A DNA stretch of 33,833 nucleotides, from contig JBGPQQ010000001.1 of the NCBI GenBank assembly GCA_041489115.1, positions 1 to 33,833 on the forward strand, in the 5' to 3' direction. This DNA is from Vicinamibacteria bacterium (GTDB lineage: Bacteria; Acidobacteriota; Vicinamibacteria; Fen-336). Positions 1 to 9,567 of the stretch are shown in pieces. A program made the position numbers and the translations under genes. Within the stretch, counting starts at the first letter, position 1; the number at the start of each line of letters is the position of its first letter. Below the pieces are notes generated by a model. It was not told the DNA's origin. It did no database searches and saw only the letters and a list, made by a program, of their open reading frames with translations.

Positions 1-54
1 GAGGCCCGCGGTCGGCGAACCCAGAGCCCGTCACCACGAGGTGAGGAGTTCGAC

Positions 55-846
55 ATGAGACGGGTTCCTCAGGCGATTCTGATCGCCGCGGTCACCGCGG
101 TCACCGCGGCCACGGTGGCCGCCTCCGAGCGGCACTTCACCTACACCTACGAGTCGGGGGTTCTCCGCCCGGGCGCGCGGGAGCTGGAGCCGTGGAGCAC
201 CTTCCGGCTGGGCAGGTCGGGCTTCTACAGCCGCCTCGACACCCGGATCGAGGCGGAGCTGGGCCTGACCGACCGCCTGCAGACCGCGCTCTACCTGAAC
301 CTGAGCGCCGAGAACGCGGACACACCCCTCGGCCGGGAGGGCTCCACGCAGATCGAGGGGGTGTCCTCCGAGTGGAAGCTCAAGCTGGCGGACCCGGTGG
401 CCGACCACGCGGGCGTCGCCCTCTACGGCGAGCTCAGCGCCGGGCCGCCCGCGGTGGGGCTCGAGGGCAAGCTCATCCTCGACAAGCGGGTGGGCCGCCT
501 GCTCGGTGCCCTCAACCTGGTGGCGGAGCACGAGTGGAAGTTCGACGAGCCGGAGACGGAGCGGGAAACGGCGTTCGAGGTGGATGCGGCGGCCTGCTGG
601 TTCCTGACCCCCCGCCTCACCGCCGGGCTCGAGATCCGGAGCCACACGGTCGTCCCGCCGGGGGAGGAGCCGACGCGCTCGGCCCTCTTCCTCGGGCCCA
701 CGTTGTCCTACGCGAGGGACGGCTGGTGGGCCGCGGCATCCGTCCTGCCGCAGGTCCGGGCGCTCAGGGGGGCGAGCGACGGGCACCTCGATCTCGAGGA
801 GCACGAGCGCGTCGAGGTCCGCGTCCTCTTCGGGCTGGAGTTCTGA
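55..846 (+). CDS. Secreted / outer-membrane beta-barrel-like protein, uncharacterised
   Basis: ATG at 55 lies 6 nt after GAGGAG (43-48). The N-terminus is signal-like (AILIAAVTAVTAATVAA). The body has alternating hydrophobic/polar strands, and the C-terminus ...VLFGLEF ends in an aromatic residue, as in OMPs. GC3 is high in this frame. Confidence 0.55.
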   Translation: MRRVPQAILIAAVTAVTAATVAASERHFTYTYESGVLRPGARELEPWSTFRLGRSGFYSRLDTRIEAELGLTDRLQTALYLNLSAENADTPLGREGSTQIEGVSSEWKLKLADPVADHAGVALYGELSAGPPAVGLEGKLILDKRVGRLLGALNLVAEHEWKFDEPETERETAFEVDAAACWFLTPRLTAGLEIRSHTVVPPGEEPTRSALFLGPTLSYARDGWWAAASVLPQVRALRGASDGHLDLEEHERVEVRVLFGLEF

Positions 847-847
847 C

Positions 848-1195
848 GTGCGCCCGGCCCGACGTCTTGCGCGGGTCACGTTCGTCGCCGGGGCCCTGAC
901 CGCCGCCGGCTGCGCCGCCGCCCTGCGCCAGGCCACGCCGGAGGATGCCTTCCGCCTGGCCCCGCGGTGGCCGGGGACGACCGTCCAGGACCTCGAGCGC
1001 GGCCGGAGCCTCTACGTTCGGCGCTGCTCCGGCTGCCACACCCTGATCCTGCCCGGAGCCCACCCGGCGGAGGAGTGGCCGGGGCTGGTGGACGGCATGG
1101 CGGACAAGGCGCGCCTCCGCCCCGGGGAGCGGGACGACGTCGTGCGGTTCCTCGTGGCGGTTGCCTCGGACAGCGGAGGCGGGCCGCGGCGGTGA
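848..1195 (+). CDS. Small lipoprotein-like monohaem c-type cytochrome
   Basis: GTG at 848 lies 1 nt after the upstream TGA (844-846). The signal and lipobox are plausible (FVAGALTAAGC). There is a single haem-binding motif, CSGCH. Confidence 0.55.
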   Translation: MRPARRLARVTFVAGALTAAGCAAALRQATPEDAFRLAPRWPGTTVQDLERGRSLYVRRCSGCHTLILPGAHPAEEWPGLVDGMADKARLRPGERDDVVRFLVAVASDSGGGPRR

Positions 1196-1268
1196 GACGG
1201 GTCTCGCGGCCTTCACGTACAATCGGCCGTCCACCACGTCATCCCGAACCCGTTCCCCGAGAGGAACC

Positions 1269-3524
1269 ATGCGCGCCATGCTCGTCGCCGCTGCCCTCGT
1301 GCCGCTCTTCGCCCTGACCGCCCCCGCCCCGGGCGAGGAACCGCCCACGGCCGGCGCCGCCTCGAAGGCCGGGCGTGAGTGGGAGAGCAAGTTTCTGGCG
1401 CTCCCGAGCCCCGACAACATGCGGGAGGCGATGCGCCGCCTGAGCGCGCGCCCGCACCACGTCGGGTCGGCCTACGACAAGGACAACGCCGAGTGGATCC
1501 TGGCGCGGTTCCGGGAGTGGGGGCTCGACGCGCGGATCGAGACCTTCGACGTGCTCTTCCCGACGCCGAAGGAGCGGCTCGTCGAGATGATCGAGCCAAA
1601 GCGCTTCAGGCTCGCGCTCGAGGAGCCGCCCCTGGCGATCGATCCCACCAGCGGCCAGAAGGCCGAGCAGCTCCCGACCTACAACGCGTACTCGACCGAC
1701 GGCGACGTCACCGCCCCGCTCGTCTACGTGAACTACGGCGTGCCCGAGGACTACGAGCAGCTCGACCGCCTGGGGATCTCCGTGAAGGGCGCGATCATCC
1801 TCGCCCGCTACGGGCACTCGTGGCGCGGCATCAAGCCGAAGGTGGCGGCCGAGCACGGGGCCATCGGGTGCCTCATCTACTCGGACCCAGGAGACGACGG
1901 CTACTTCGAGGGCGACGTGTTCCCGAAGGGCCCCATGCGCCCGAAGGACGGCGTGCAGCGCGGCAGCGTGATGGACTTCCCATCCTCTAACCCGGGCGAC
2001 CCGCTGACGCCTGGGGTGGGGGCGACGCCGGACGCGAAGAGGCTCTCCGTGAAGGAGGCGCCGAGCCTCACCCGGATCCCTGTGCTCCCCATCTCCTACG
2101 GCGACGCCCAGCCGCTCTTGGCCGCGCTCGCGGGGCCGATGGCGCCCGAGGACTGGCGCGGCGCGCTCCCGATCCCGTATCACGTGGGGCCGGGCCCGAC
2201 GAAGGTCCACCTCAAGGTGGCCTTCAACTGGGACATCAAGCCCGTCCACGATGTCGTGGCCCGCATCCCGGGGAGCGAGCACCCGGACGAGTGGATCGTG
2301 CGCGGGAACCACCACGACGCGTGGGTGAACGGCGCCGAGGACCCGGTCGCGGGGATGGTCGCCCTGCTGGAGGAGGCGCGGGCTCTCGGCCTCCTCTTGA
2401 AGCAGGGCTGGAAGCCGAAGCGCACGATCGTCTACTGCGCGTGGGACGGCGAGGAGCCGATGCTGCTCGGCTCCACCGAGTGGGCCGAGGCGCACGCCGA
2501 GGAGCTGCGGCAGCACGCCGTCGCGTACGTCAACACGGACGGCAACGGCCGCGGCTTCCTCGGGATGGCCGGCTCCCACACGCTCGAGCACTTCGTCAAC
2601 GACGTCGCGCGGGACATCCAGGACCCGGAGTCGAAGGTCTCGGTGTGGAAGCGGGCGCACGCGCGGACCCTGGCCGACGCCTCGTCCGTGGAGGAGCGGA
2701 AGGAGATTCGGCAGCGGGCGGACCTGCGCCTGGGCGCGCTGGGCTCGGGCAGCGACTACACGGCATTCATCGACCACCTCGGTGTCGCCAGCCTGAACCT
2801 CGGCTACGGCGGCGAGGACGACGGCGGCATCTACCACTCGATCTACGACGATTTCTACTGGTTCACGCACTTCGCCGACACGGACTTCGTCTACGGGAGA
2901 GCGCTCGCCCAGACGATCGGGCTCGCCGTCCTGCGCCTGGCGGACGCGGAGATCCTGCCCTTCGAGTTCTCGGCCTTCGCCGACACCATGCAGGAGTACC
3001 TCAAGGACCTGAAGAAGCTGCTCGAGCGGAAGCAAGAGGAGATCGGCGAGCGCAACCGGCAGCTCGACGAGGGCGTCTTCCAGGCGACACTCGACCCGCG
3101 GCGCCCGACGGTCGCGCCGCCGAAGGAAGAGGTCCCGCCTCACCTCAACTTCGCGCCGCTGGAGAACGCGGTCGAGGCGTTGACGCGCGGCGCCGACCGC
3201 TACAAGAAGGCGCGGGCCGGAGTCGAAGGCCGGGCGGTCCCCCCCGAAGTCCTCTCGCGCGTCAACGCACTGCTCATGCGGAGCGAGCGCGTCCTCCTCT
3301 CGCCGGACGGCCTGCCGCGCCGGCCGTGGTTCAAGCACCTGATCTACGCGCCCGGTGTCTACGCGGGTTACGGCGCGAAGACGATGCCGGGGGCCCGCGA
3401 GGCGATCGAGCTGAAGCGTTACTCCGAGGCCGACGGGGAGATCGCGCGCATCGCGAAAGCCCTGCAGGACGAGGCCGCCCTGGCCGACGCGGCGGCCGGG
3501 GAGTTGGAGAAGGCGCGGCCCTGA
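1269..3524 (+). CDS. M28-family metallopeptidase, glutamate carboxypeptidase II (PSMA)/transferrin-receptor-like (PA domain + M28 + dimerisation domain)
   Basis: ATG at 1269 is preceded by GAGAGGA and followed by a signal peptide (MRAMLVAAALVPLFALTAPAPG). Matches to the PSMA/NAALADase family include RGNHHDAW, WDGEEPMLLGSTEW, GSGSDYTAF and a C-terminal helical dimerisation region. The ORF-track start at 1161 gives an implausible Arg/Thr-rich leader. Confidence 0.8.
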   Translation: MRAMLVAAALVPLFALTAPAPGEEPPTAGAASKAGREWESKFLALPSPDNMREAMRRLSARPHHVGSAYDKDNAEWILARFREWGLDARIETFDVLFPTPKERLVEMIEPKRFRLALEEPPLAIDPTSGQKAEQLPTYNAYSTDGDVTAPLVYVNYGVPEDYEQLDRLGISVKGAIILARYGHSWRGIKPKVAAEHGAIGCLIYSDPGDDGYFEGDVFPKGPMRPKDGVQRGSVMDFPSSNPGDPLTPGVGATPDAKRLSVKEAPSLTRIPVLPISYGDAQPLLAALAGPMAPEDWRGALPIPYHVGPGPTKVHLKVAFNWDIKPVHDVVARIPGSEHPDEWIVRGNHHDAWVNGAEDPVAGMVALLEEARALGLLLKQGWKPKRTIVYCAWDGEEPMLLGSTEWAEAHAEELRQHAVAYVNTDGNGRGFLGMAGSHTLEHFVNDVARDIQDPESKVSVWKRAHARTLADASSVEERKEIRQRADLRLGALGSGSDYTAFIDHLGVASLNLGYGGEDDGGIYHSIYDDFYWFTHFADTDFVYGRALAQTIGLAVLRLADAEILPFEFSAFADTMQEYLKDLKKLLERKQEEIGERNRQLDEGVFQATLDPRRPTVAPPKEEVPPHLNFAPLENAVEALTRGADRYKKARAGVEGRAVPPEVLSRVNALLMRSERVLLSPDGLPRRPWFKHLIYAPGVYAGYGAKTMPGAREAIELKRYSEADGEIARIAKALQDEAALADAAAGELEKARP

Positions 3525-3537
3525 TCCTGATAGCCGC

Positions 3538-3765
3538 TCAGATCTTCGCGGCCGCTCTTCGCTGCGCTCGCGCCCTGGACGCGCGGCTTTCCAGCGCCAC
3601 GTCCCAGGAGCGGAACTTGCGCACGCCCGTCTGGTACCAGACGGGATGAAGGCCGTGCGCCAGAGAGGCCAGCCCGAGGGCGAGGCGGAGGTTCTCCGGA
3701 TCCAGCGGCGGGCATCGTGACGGCCCCGGCATCTCCTCGACGGACCGGAACTTCCGGACGCCCAT
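3538..3765 (-). CDS. Small basic protein with internal GVRKFRS repeat, partner of the upstream nucleotidyltransferase
   Basis: ATG (3765-3763) overlaps the upstream TGA (3767-3765) by 1 nt, which suggests translational coupling. GC3 is high. The motif GVRKFRS occurs twice, at residues 2-8 and 47-53. Confidence 0.45.
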   Translation of the reverse strand: MGVRKFRSVEEMPGPSRCPPLDPENLRLALGLASLAHGLHPVWYQTGVRKFRSWDVALESRASRARAQRRAAAKI

Positions 3766-4289
3766 CAGGTCTCCTCGTCCAGGCCGAATTCCTGACGAAT
3801 GGTCTCGGCGTCGAGCCGATCCTGCGGACGGACGGTGCCCTTCTTCATGCGGTAGAGCATGGTCGGCGTCGCGACACGAATCCGGATCCCGTCCAGTAGC
3901 AGCTCTTCGAACTCGAGGGTTTCGTAGCGAAACGCCTCCCCCAGGCGAGTCAGGATGTCGATCGAGTAGCGGCCATGCGGTGGAACGTACTCGACCGCCG
4001 GGTAGTCGCCGGCGAGCTCCTCCGCCGAGATCTGGTCCACGTTGGGGTCGCCATCGTAGAGGGACTTGAGCGCTCGCTTCAGTCGCGCGACGTTCTCCTC
4101 TTCGGGCGAGACGAAGAAGTCGAGGTCCCGCGTCGCACGCACGAGTCCCTGCGCCGCCATCGCCATCGAGCCGACGAGCACGTATGCCACGTCCTCGTCC
4201 TCGAACGCCGCCAGAATCCGCTTCGCCTCGTTCAGATCCATCATGGCCGTTCGCACCGTGGCCGGCTCACCGCGCACGACTTCCGCCAC
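3765..4289 (-). CDS. Nucleotidyltransferase-fold (Pol-beta/MNT superfamily) protein
   Basis: The minimal NTase signature is present: VGSMAMAAQGLVRATRDLDFFV (G-S ... D-x-D) plus a third acidic site, YSIDIL. The listed start at 4289 is GTG, and an alternative ATG-ATG at 4244 (MMDLNEAK...) is equally plausible. Confidence 0.65.
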   Translation of the reverse strand: MAEVVRGEPATVRTAMMDLNEAKRILAAFEDEDVAYVLVGSMAMAAQGLVRATRDLDFFVSPEEENVARLKRALKSLYDGDPNVDQISAEELAGDYPAVEYVPPHGRYSIDILTRLGEAFRYETLEFEELLLDGIRIRVATPTMLYRMKKGTVRPQDRLDAETIRQEFGLDEET

Positions 4290-4333
4290 GGCTATCGTAT
4301 CAAGCTGGAGCAGCCGAGGTGCGGCCCCGCGCC

Positions 4334-6964
4334 TCAGTGCCAGTCGCCGCGGGGGCGGCGGATGCGGCCGACGCTCATGGCGCGGGCCGCGGGCGAGTCC
4401 TTCATGGGCAGAGTCGTCCGCCGGACGCCGTCGAAAGCCTCGAGCGCCCCGGCCACCGCCGCGGCGGTGGGCACGAGGCCGATCTCGCCCACGCCCTTAG
4501 CGCCGAACGGGCCCTCGGGCTCGGGCTCCTCAACCAGGATCACCTCGGTCTTCGGCATGTCGCGGGCGCGCAGGACGCCGATCTCGCGCAGGCTCGACGT
4601 CACCGGCATCCCGTTTTCGCACGGCAGCTCCTCGGTCAGGGCGTAGCCGAGGCCCATGTGGATGGAGCCCTCGATCTGGCCTCGGCAGAGCAGGGGATTG
4701 ACGACCCGGCCCACGTCGTGCGCGGCCACCACGCGCTCGACGCGCCCGTCGGCGTCGAGCATCACCACCTGGGTCGCGAAGCCGTAGGAAGTGTGCGTCT
4801 TGATCTTGGGCACGTCCGCGCCGAGGGCGGTGGTGTCGTCGACCACCTCGTCCGCCGCGTAGACGCGGCCGGCGAGGTCGGCGAGGCGCCGGCCGGCGTC
4901 GAGGTCGGCCCGCAGCTTCCGGGCCGCGCTCGTGACGGCTCGTCCGCTGAACAGAGTGGCCCGAGAGCCGGTCGTCTGGCCGCAGCCGAGGGCGAACGTG
5001 GAATCCACCTTCGGGCGGAAGACGGCAGCAGGTAGCCCCGTGACCTCGACCGCGAACTGCACCAGCACCGTCAGCAGCCCCTGGCCCATCTCCGTGTAGC
5101 CGTTGTAGAGCGAGACCGTCCCGTCCGGCTCCACCACGAGCCGGCACTTGCCCCACTCGGCGACGCCGTTGCCAATCCCGCTGTTCTTGAGCCCGCAGGC
5201 GATCCCGGCCGCTTTTCCCGCGCGGCGTGCCCCGTAGTACGCGTGCTTCACCGCGTCGAGCGTCTTGCGGAGGCCCACCGACTTCTCGAGCACCTGGCCC
5301 GTCGTGACCGCGTCGCCGACGGCCACGGCGTTGCGGCTGCGGATCTCCCAGCCGTCGAGGCCAGCCTTCTTCGCGAGCAGGTCCAGGCAGCCCTCGATGG
5401 CGAAGGCCGCCTGCGGGACGCCGAAGCCGCGCATCGCGCCGCACGGGGGGTTGTTCGTGTAGACGGCGAGCGCCTCGACGTCCACGGCCGGCACGCGGTA
5501 CGGGCCGCAGGCGTGCCCGGCCGCGCGCTCGAGCACCTTGCCGCCGACCGATGCGTAGGCGCCCGAGTCGCCCACCATGCGCGCCACGACCGCGGTGAGT
5601 CGACCCTCGGCGTCGCAGCCGACCGTGTAGTCGAGCCGGATGGGGTGCCTCTTCGGGTGCAGCCGGACGGACTCGTCGCGGCTGAGAACGAGCTTGACCG
5701 GCCGGCCCGTGACCTGGGCGAGGAGGGCCGTCTGCGCCTGGACCGACATGTCCTCCTTGCCGCCGAAGGCCCCGCCGCTCGGCACGAGCTCCACGTGGAC
5801 GCGCTCTTCAGGCACGCCGAGGAAGCGCGCGACCTGCCGCCGGTCGTCGAACACCCCCTGGCCCTGGCTGTAGAGGGCCAGCCGGCCGTCCGGCAGCGGC
5901 TCCGCGAGCGCGGCCTCCGGCTCGAGGAAGAGGTGCTCGATCCGCTGCGTGCGCCAGGTGCCGGTGACGACGTGGGCGCTCGCGGCCAGAGCCGCGGCGG
6001 CGTCGCCCCGCCGGATGACCGAGCGCGAGAGGAGGTTGGGGTGCGTCGGGTTGACCTGCGGGGCGCCGGGGGCGAGCGACGCCTCGGGATCGAGGACGGG
6101 CGGGAGCGGCTCGTACTCGACCGCGACCAGTGCCGCCGCGGCGCGGGCGGTCCGGGCGTCGTCGGCCGCCACCGCGGCGAGGACGTCGCCGACGCAGCGC
6201 ACCTCCTCGCCCACGGCCACGAAGCCGGGCCAGTCGTCGTACAGCAGGCCGTACCAGCGCTCGCCGGGCACGTCCGCGGCCGTCACCCCGGCATGTACAC
6301 CGGCCAGCGTTTTCGCCTTCGACATATCCACGCGGCGCACGAGGGCGCGCGGGTGCGCGGAGAGGACGAGGGCGCCGTGTAGCAGGCCCTCGCGCTGCAT
6401 GTCGGCCACGTAGGGCCGGATGCCGAGAGCCTGGTCGAGAGCGCCGTAGCGGGCGAGCGGCTGACCGACCCCGCCGTCGCTGACCGGCTCCGGCATCTCG
6501 CCGCCGCGCCAGGCCCGCGCCATCACCTCCACCGCCTCGACGATCTGCGTGTAGCCGGTGCAGCGGCAGAGGTGGCCGTCGATCGCGCGGGCGATCTCGT
6601 CGCGGCTCGGGTTCTCCCGGCGGTCGAGAAGGTGCTTGGCGCGGAGCGCGATCCCGGGGATGCAGAAGCCGCACTGCACGCCGCCGGCCGCCGCGAACGA
6701 CTTCGCCACGACCTCGCGCTCGCGGGCGGAGAGGCCTTCGAGGGTCAGCACATCGCGGCCCTCGGCCCGCTCCGCCTCCATCGCGCAGGTCACGAGGGGG
6801 CGGCCGTCGATGAGGGCCAGGCAGCAGCCGCACTGGCCCTGGGGCTGGCAGCCGTCCTTGATCGAGGTGATCCCACACTGCTCGCGCAGCGCGTCGAGGA
6901 GCGACTCGCCGGGTGTGGGCTCGATGGCGCGGGTCTGGCCGTTGAGGCTGAAGCGAACGGTCAC
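4334..6964 (-). CDS. Molybdopterin hydroxylase with fused N-terminal [2Fe-2S] domains and no FAD domain (XdhD / aldehyde oxidoreductase Mop architecture)
   Basis: The N-terminus [10 protein letters not shown]...[18 protein letters not shown]...CGFCIPG...CRCTGY carries both 2Fe-2S motifs. The xanthine dehydrogenase a/b-hammerhead and Mo-binding domains follow ([19 protein letters not shown], ...[13 protein letters not shown]). GTG at 6964 overlaps the aspartokinase stop (GTGA). The 1273-aa track ORF is this gene plus an out-of-frame read through the aspartokinase. Confidence 0.85.
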   Translation of the reverse strand: MTVRFSLNGQTRAIEPTPGESLLDALREQCGITSIKDGCQPQGQCGCCLALIDGRPLVTCAMEAERAEGRDVLTLEGLSAREREVVAKSFAAAGGVQCGFCIPGIALRAKHLLDRRENPSRDEIARAIDGHLCRCTGYTQIVEAVEVMARAWRGGEMPEPVSDGGVGQPLARYGALDQALGIRPYVADMQREGLLHGALVLSAHPRALVRRVDMSKAKTLAGVHAGVTAADVPGERWYGLLYDDWPGFVAVGEEVRCVGDVLAAVAADDARTARAAAALVAVEYEPLPPVLDPEASLAPGAPQVNPTHPNLLSRSVIRRGDAAAALAASAHVVTGTWRTQRIEHLFLEPEAALAEPLPDGRLALYSQGQGVFDDRRQVARFLGVPEERVHVELVPSGGAFGGKEDMSVQAQTALLAQVTGRPVKLVLSRDESVRLHPKRHPIRLDYTVGCDAEGRLTAVVARMVGDSGAYASVGGKVLERAAGHACGPYRVPAVDVEALAVYTNNPPCGAMRGFGVPQAAFAIEGCLDLLAKKAGLDGWEIRSRNAVAVGDAVTTGQVLEKSVGLRKTLDAVKHAYYGARRAGKAAGIACGLKNSGIGNGVAEWGKCRLVVEPDGTVSLYNGYTEMGQGLLTVLVQFAVEVTGLPAAVFRPKVDSTFALGCGQTTGSRATLFSGRAVTSAARKLRADLDAGRRLADLAGRVYAADEVVDDTTALGADVPKIKTHTSYGFATQVVMLDADGRVERVVAAHDVGRVVNPLLCRGQIEGSIHMGLGYALTEELPCENGMPVTSSLREIGVLRARDMPKTEVILVEEPEPEGPFGAKGVGEIGLVPTAAAVAGALEAFDGVRRTTLPMKDSPAARAMSVGRIRRPRGDWH

Positions 6965-8148
6965 GCTGCGTCGATCATACCGCAGTGCAGACGGCGCACT
7001 GCGTCCGGGATAGCCTCCTGATCGAGCAGGAGGCTGATGCGGAAGCTGGAGGTGGCGAGGCCGAGGATCGGCGTGCGGAGCTCGCTCACGAGCCGCACCG
7101 CCTCGCGGACGTTGTGGAAGCTCGCGTTGATGCCGGCCCCGATGGCGGAGGCGGCGCCCACCCGCTCGAGCACGGAGACGCCGGGGAGGTGCGCCTGGAG
7201 GTCGGCCCGGAGGGCGTCGAAGTCGTGGAGGTTCTCGAGCGAGAGGACGAGGGACGCGCCCAGGGGACCGTCGAAGCGGAGCTGCTTTCCGCCCGCCCGG
7301 CGGGTGTCGAGCCGATCCAGCAGGGCGACGAGTTCCCCGAGGTCGCCCCCGGCCAGGCGGAGGAGGACGAGGCCCGTCTCGCTGGCGACACCCACCACGC
7401 GGCCCGGGGCCCGGGGCGGGTGGCGGCGCACGACGGTCTCCCCGTCGCCGCCCGTGGTGGCCCGGGCGTAGATCGCGATACCGCGCTCCTTGGCGAACTC
7501 GACGGCCTGGGCGTTGAGCACCCGCGCCCCCGCCTCGGCCAGCTCCTGCATCTCCTCGTAGGAGATCTCGGCCAGGCGTCGGGCCTCGGGCACGACACGC
7601 GGGTCGGCGGAGAAGACCCCGGCCACGTCGCTGTAGATCTCGCATGCCTCCGCCTCCAGGGCGGCGGCCAGCGCCACCGCGGTGGTGTCGGAGCCGCCCC
7701 GGCCGAGGGTGGTCACCTCGCGCTTGTAGGAGACCCCCTGGTAGCCGGCCACGATCACGACCTTGCCCCGGGCCAGCTCGTCCTGGACGCGGAAGGGACG
7801 GACCTCGACGATGCGCGCGTTGGTGTGGGCGTCGCTGGTGATGATCCCCGATTGCGACCCGGTGAAGCTCACCGCGGGGACGCCGCGCTCGTTGAGGGCC
7901 ATGGAGAGCAGCGCCATGGCGATCCGCTCCCCGGCGGAGAGGAGCATGTCCAGCTCGCGCCGTGAGGGGTTGGGGCTGATCCGGCGGGCCAGGGCCAGCA
8001 GCTCGTCGGTGGTGTCGCCCATGGCCGAGACCACCACCACCACGTCCCGTCCCGAGGCCTTCGTGGCCGCCACGCGGTCGGCGACGGTGCCGATGCGCTC
8101 CACGTCCGCCACCGAGGAGCCGCCGTACTTCTGGACGACGATCGCCAC
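6961..8148 (-). CDS. lysC: Aspartate kinase (monofunctional, with C-terminal ACT domains)
   Basis: [13 protein letters not shown]..., [32 protein letters not shown] and [14 protein letters not shown] are all present, and an ACT-like region follows. GTG at 8148 is preceded by GGAAGAGG. Confidence 0.85.
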   Translation of the reverse strand: MAIVVQKYGGSSVADVERIGTVADRVAATKASGRDVVVVVSAMGDTTDELLALARRISPNPSRRELDMLLSAGERIAMALLSMALNERGVPAVSFTGSQSGIITSDAHTNARIVEVRPFRVQDELARGKVVIVAGYQGVSYKREVTTLGRGGSDTTAVALAAALEAEACEIYSDVAGVFSADPRVVPEARRLAEISYEEMQELAEAGARVLNAQAVEFAKERGIAIYARATTGGDGETVVRRHPPRAPGRVVGVASETGLVLLRLAGGDLGELVALLDRLDTRRAGGKQLRFDGPLGASLVLSLENLHDFDALRADLQAHLPGVSVLERVGAASAIGAGINASFHNVREAVRLVSELRTPILGLATSSFRISLLLDQEAIPDAVRRLHCGMIDAA

Positions 8149-8229
8149 CTCGCACCTCTTCCGGGTATTGTAGCCACCCTCGGCGGGGGCATCTTGAATC
8201 CCGGGCCCGGCGTGGTCATGCTCTAGCGC

Positions 8230-9567
8230 GTGATCTACGGCCCCACCTTCGCCGAGATGCGGGATCCCGGGCTCGCCGACCCCGCCGTACGGGCGAAGGC
8301 GGCCGGGGCCCGAAAGCACCCCCTCGACCCCCTCAACCTCTGGAACCTCTCCTGGAAGGCTGACGGCGCGGTGCCGTTCACCGTCCTGCCCGAGGCCCTG
8401 ACCGGCGTCCGCGCGCCGATCGTCGTCCTCTCGGGACGCCGTTTCCCGGCCGGCTCCCACAAGGTCGGGCCGGCCTACTCGATCCTCGTCGAGAAGCAGC
8501 TCGACGCCGTGTGCGCGCCGGGCCAGCAGACGCTCGTCTTCCCCTCGACCGGCAACTTCGGGATCGGCGGCGCCTGGGTCGGCCCGCGCATGGGCTATCG
8601 CTCGCGCGTGGTGCTGCCCGAGGAGATGAGCGCCGAGCGCTTCGAGAAGATCCGGGACTACGGGGCGGACGTGATCGCGACGCCGGGCAGCGAGTCGAAC
8701 GTCAAGGAGATCTACGACAAGGTCCGCGAGCTGCGCGCCGATCCCGCGAATCGGATCCTGAACCAGTTCGAGGAGATGGGAAACTACCGGTTCCACTTCC
8801 ACTGCACCGCGGCGGCGGCCGAGGATGTCGTGGGCTCGCTCGGCCTCGAGGCCGGCGCCTTCGTCTCGGCGATGGGGTCGGCGGGGACGATCGCGGCGGG
8901 GGAGGGGCTTCGCCAGAGGCATCCCGGCCTGCGCATCGTGGCGGTCGAGCCGATGCAGTGCCCGACGCTCCACAGCGTGGGCTTCGGCGCGCACCGTATC
9001 GAGGGCATCGGCGACAAGCACGTGACCTGGATCCACAACGTGTGGGTCACGGACCTGCTCGTGTGTGTGGACGACCTCGAGTGCCTGGAGGGCCTGCAGC
9101 TCCTGCAGGAGGGACAGGCGACGCTCGAGGTGGAGGGCATCGCAGCGGAGCGGGCGCGCAGCTGGGTGGGCTTCTTCGGCATCAGCGGCGTCTGCAACGT
9201 CCTCGCCGCGATCCGCGCGGCCGCCCACTACGGCCTCGGCCCGCGGCATGCGGTGGTGACGGTGGCGACTGACGGCTTCGACCGCTACCCGTCCGTCCTG
9301 CAACGGCTCGACGTTGAGCAGGGGCCGATGGACGCCGAGAAGGCGCGGCGGCGGGTGGAGATCCTCCGCTCGCGGCGCACAGGCTGGCTTCTCGAGGGCA
9401 CGCCCGAGGTGCGCCGCCGCTGGCACAACCAGAAGTACTTCACGTGGGTGGAGCAGCAGGGGAAGACGGTGGCGGACCTGCGGGCCCAGGAGGACCCGGC
9501 GTGGTGGGTCGCCGAGCAGGAGCGGGCGCACGAGATCGACCGCCGCATCCGGGAGCGCCGCGCTTGA
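8230..9567 (+). CDS. Fold-type-II PLP-dependent enzyme (Trp-synthase-beta / cysteine-synthase superfamily) with a ~100-aa C-terminal extension
   Basis: The candidate PLP-lysine motif is [12 protein letters not shown], and the phosphate-binding loop is [12 protein letters not shown]. The gene is 445 aa with a GTG start at 8230. I cannot resolve the exact subfamily by eye. Confidence 0.65.
   Translation: MIYGPTFAEMRDPGLADPAVRAKAAGARKHPLDPLNLWNLSWKADGAVPFTVLPEALTGVRAPIVVLSGRRFPAGSHKVGPAYSILVEKQLDAVCAPGQQTLVFPSTGNFGIGGAWVGPRMGYRSRVVLPEEMSAERFEKIRDYGADVIATPGSESNVKEIYDKVRELRADPANRILNQFEEMGNYRFHFHCTAAAAEDVVGSLGLEAGAFVSAMGSAGTIAAGEGLRQRHPGLRIVAVEPMQCPTLHSVGFGAHRIEGIGDKHVTWIHNVWVTDLLVCVDDLECLEGLQLLQEGQATLEVEGIAAERARSWVGFFGISGVCNVLAAIRAAAHYGLGPRHAVVTVATDGFDRYPSVLQRLDVEQGPMDAEKARRRVEILRSRRTGWLLEGTPEVRRRWHNQKYFTWVEQQGKTVADLRAQEDPAWWVAEQERAHEIDRRIRERRA

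Noticed and set aside
85-102. A 9-bp tandem duplication (gtcaccgcg gtcaccgcg) lies near the window start.
   Set aside because: It lies inside the signal-peptide coding region (AVTAVTA) of the first gene. It is a trivial in-frame low-complexity duplication, not an independent repeat element.
31-936. Long antisense or alternative-frame ORFs occur across the window. Examples are 31-936(-), 1239-3338(-), 5243-6382(+), 9285-11204(-), 17501-19279(+), 21815-23677(+), 24757-26298(+), 26295-28604(+), 28489-31242(+) and 32485-33744(-).
   Set aside because: All are Arg/Gly/Pro/Ala/Asp-rich with no recognisable motifs. Each lies opposite or out of frame with a gene that has clear family signatures. This is the usual stop-codon-poor artefact of ~70% GC DNA.
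3525-3560. A possible bidirectional terminator hairpin (GCCGC-N10-GCGGC, 3533-3552) lies between the convergent peptidase and small ORF.
   Set aside because: The stem is only 5 bp with a 10-nt loop and no U-tract, and it overlaps the 3' end of the small ORF. That is too weak to call.
4334-8155. A single 1273-aa ORF in the track suggests a giant fusion protein.
   Set aside because: The first ~396 residues are an Arg/Gly/Pro-rich out-of-frame read across the aspartokinase gene. Recognisable homology starts at [10 protein letters not shown] (GTG 6964), which overlaps the aspartokinase stop.
8149-8229. Promoter-like hexamers occur in the ask/PLP divergent region: TACAAT on the minus strand (8166-8171) and TTGAAT on the plus strand.
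   Set aside because: TACAAT sits only ~17 nt from the GTG and overlaps the RBS spacing, with no properly spaced -35. The plus-strand TTGAAT lacks a convincing -10. I saw no riboswitch-like conserved structure in 81 nt.
6961-9531. An 856-aa minus-strand ORF extends far upstream of the aspartokinase.
   Set aside because: Upstream of [12 protein letters not shown] the translation is low-complexity (R/P/H/L-rich) and antisense to the well-supported PLP enzyme gene. GTG 8148 has a GGAAGAGG RBS.
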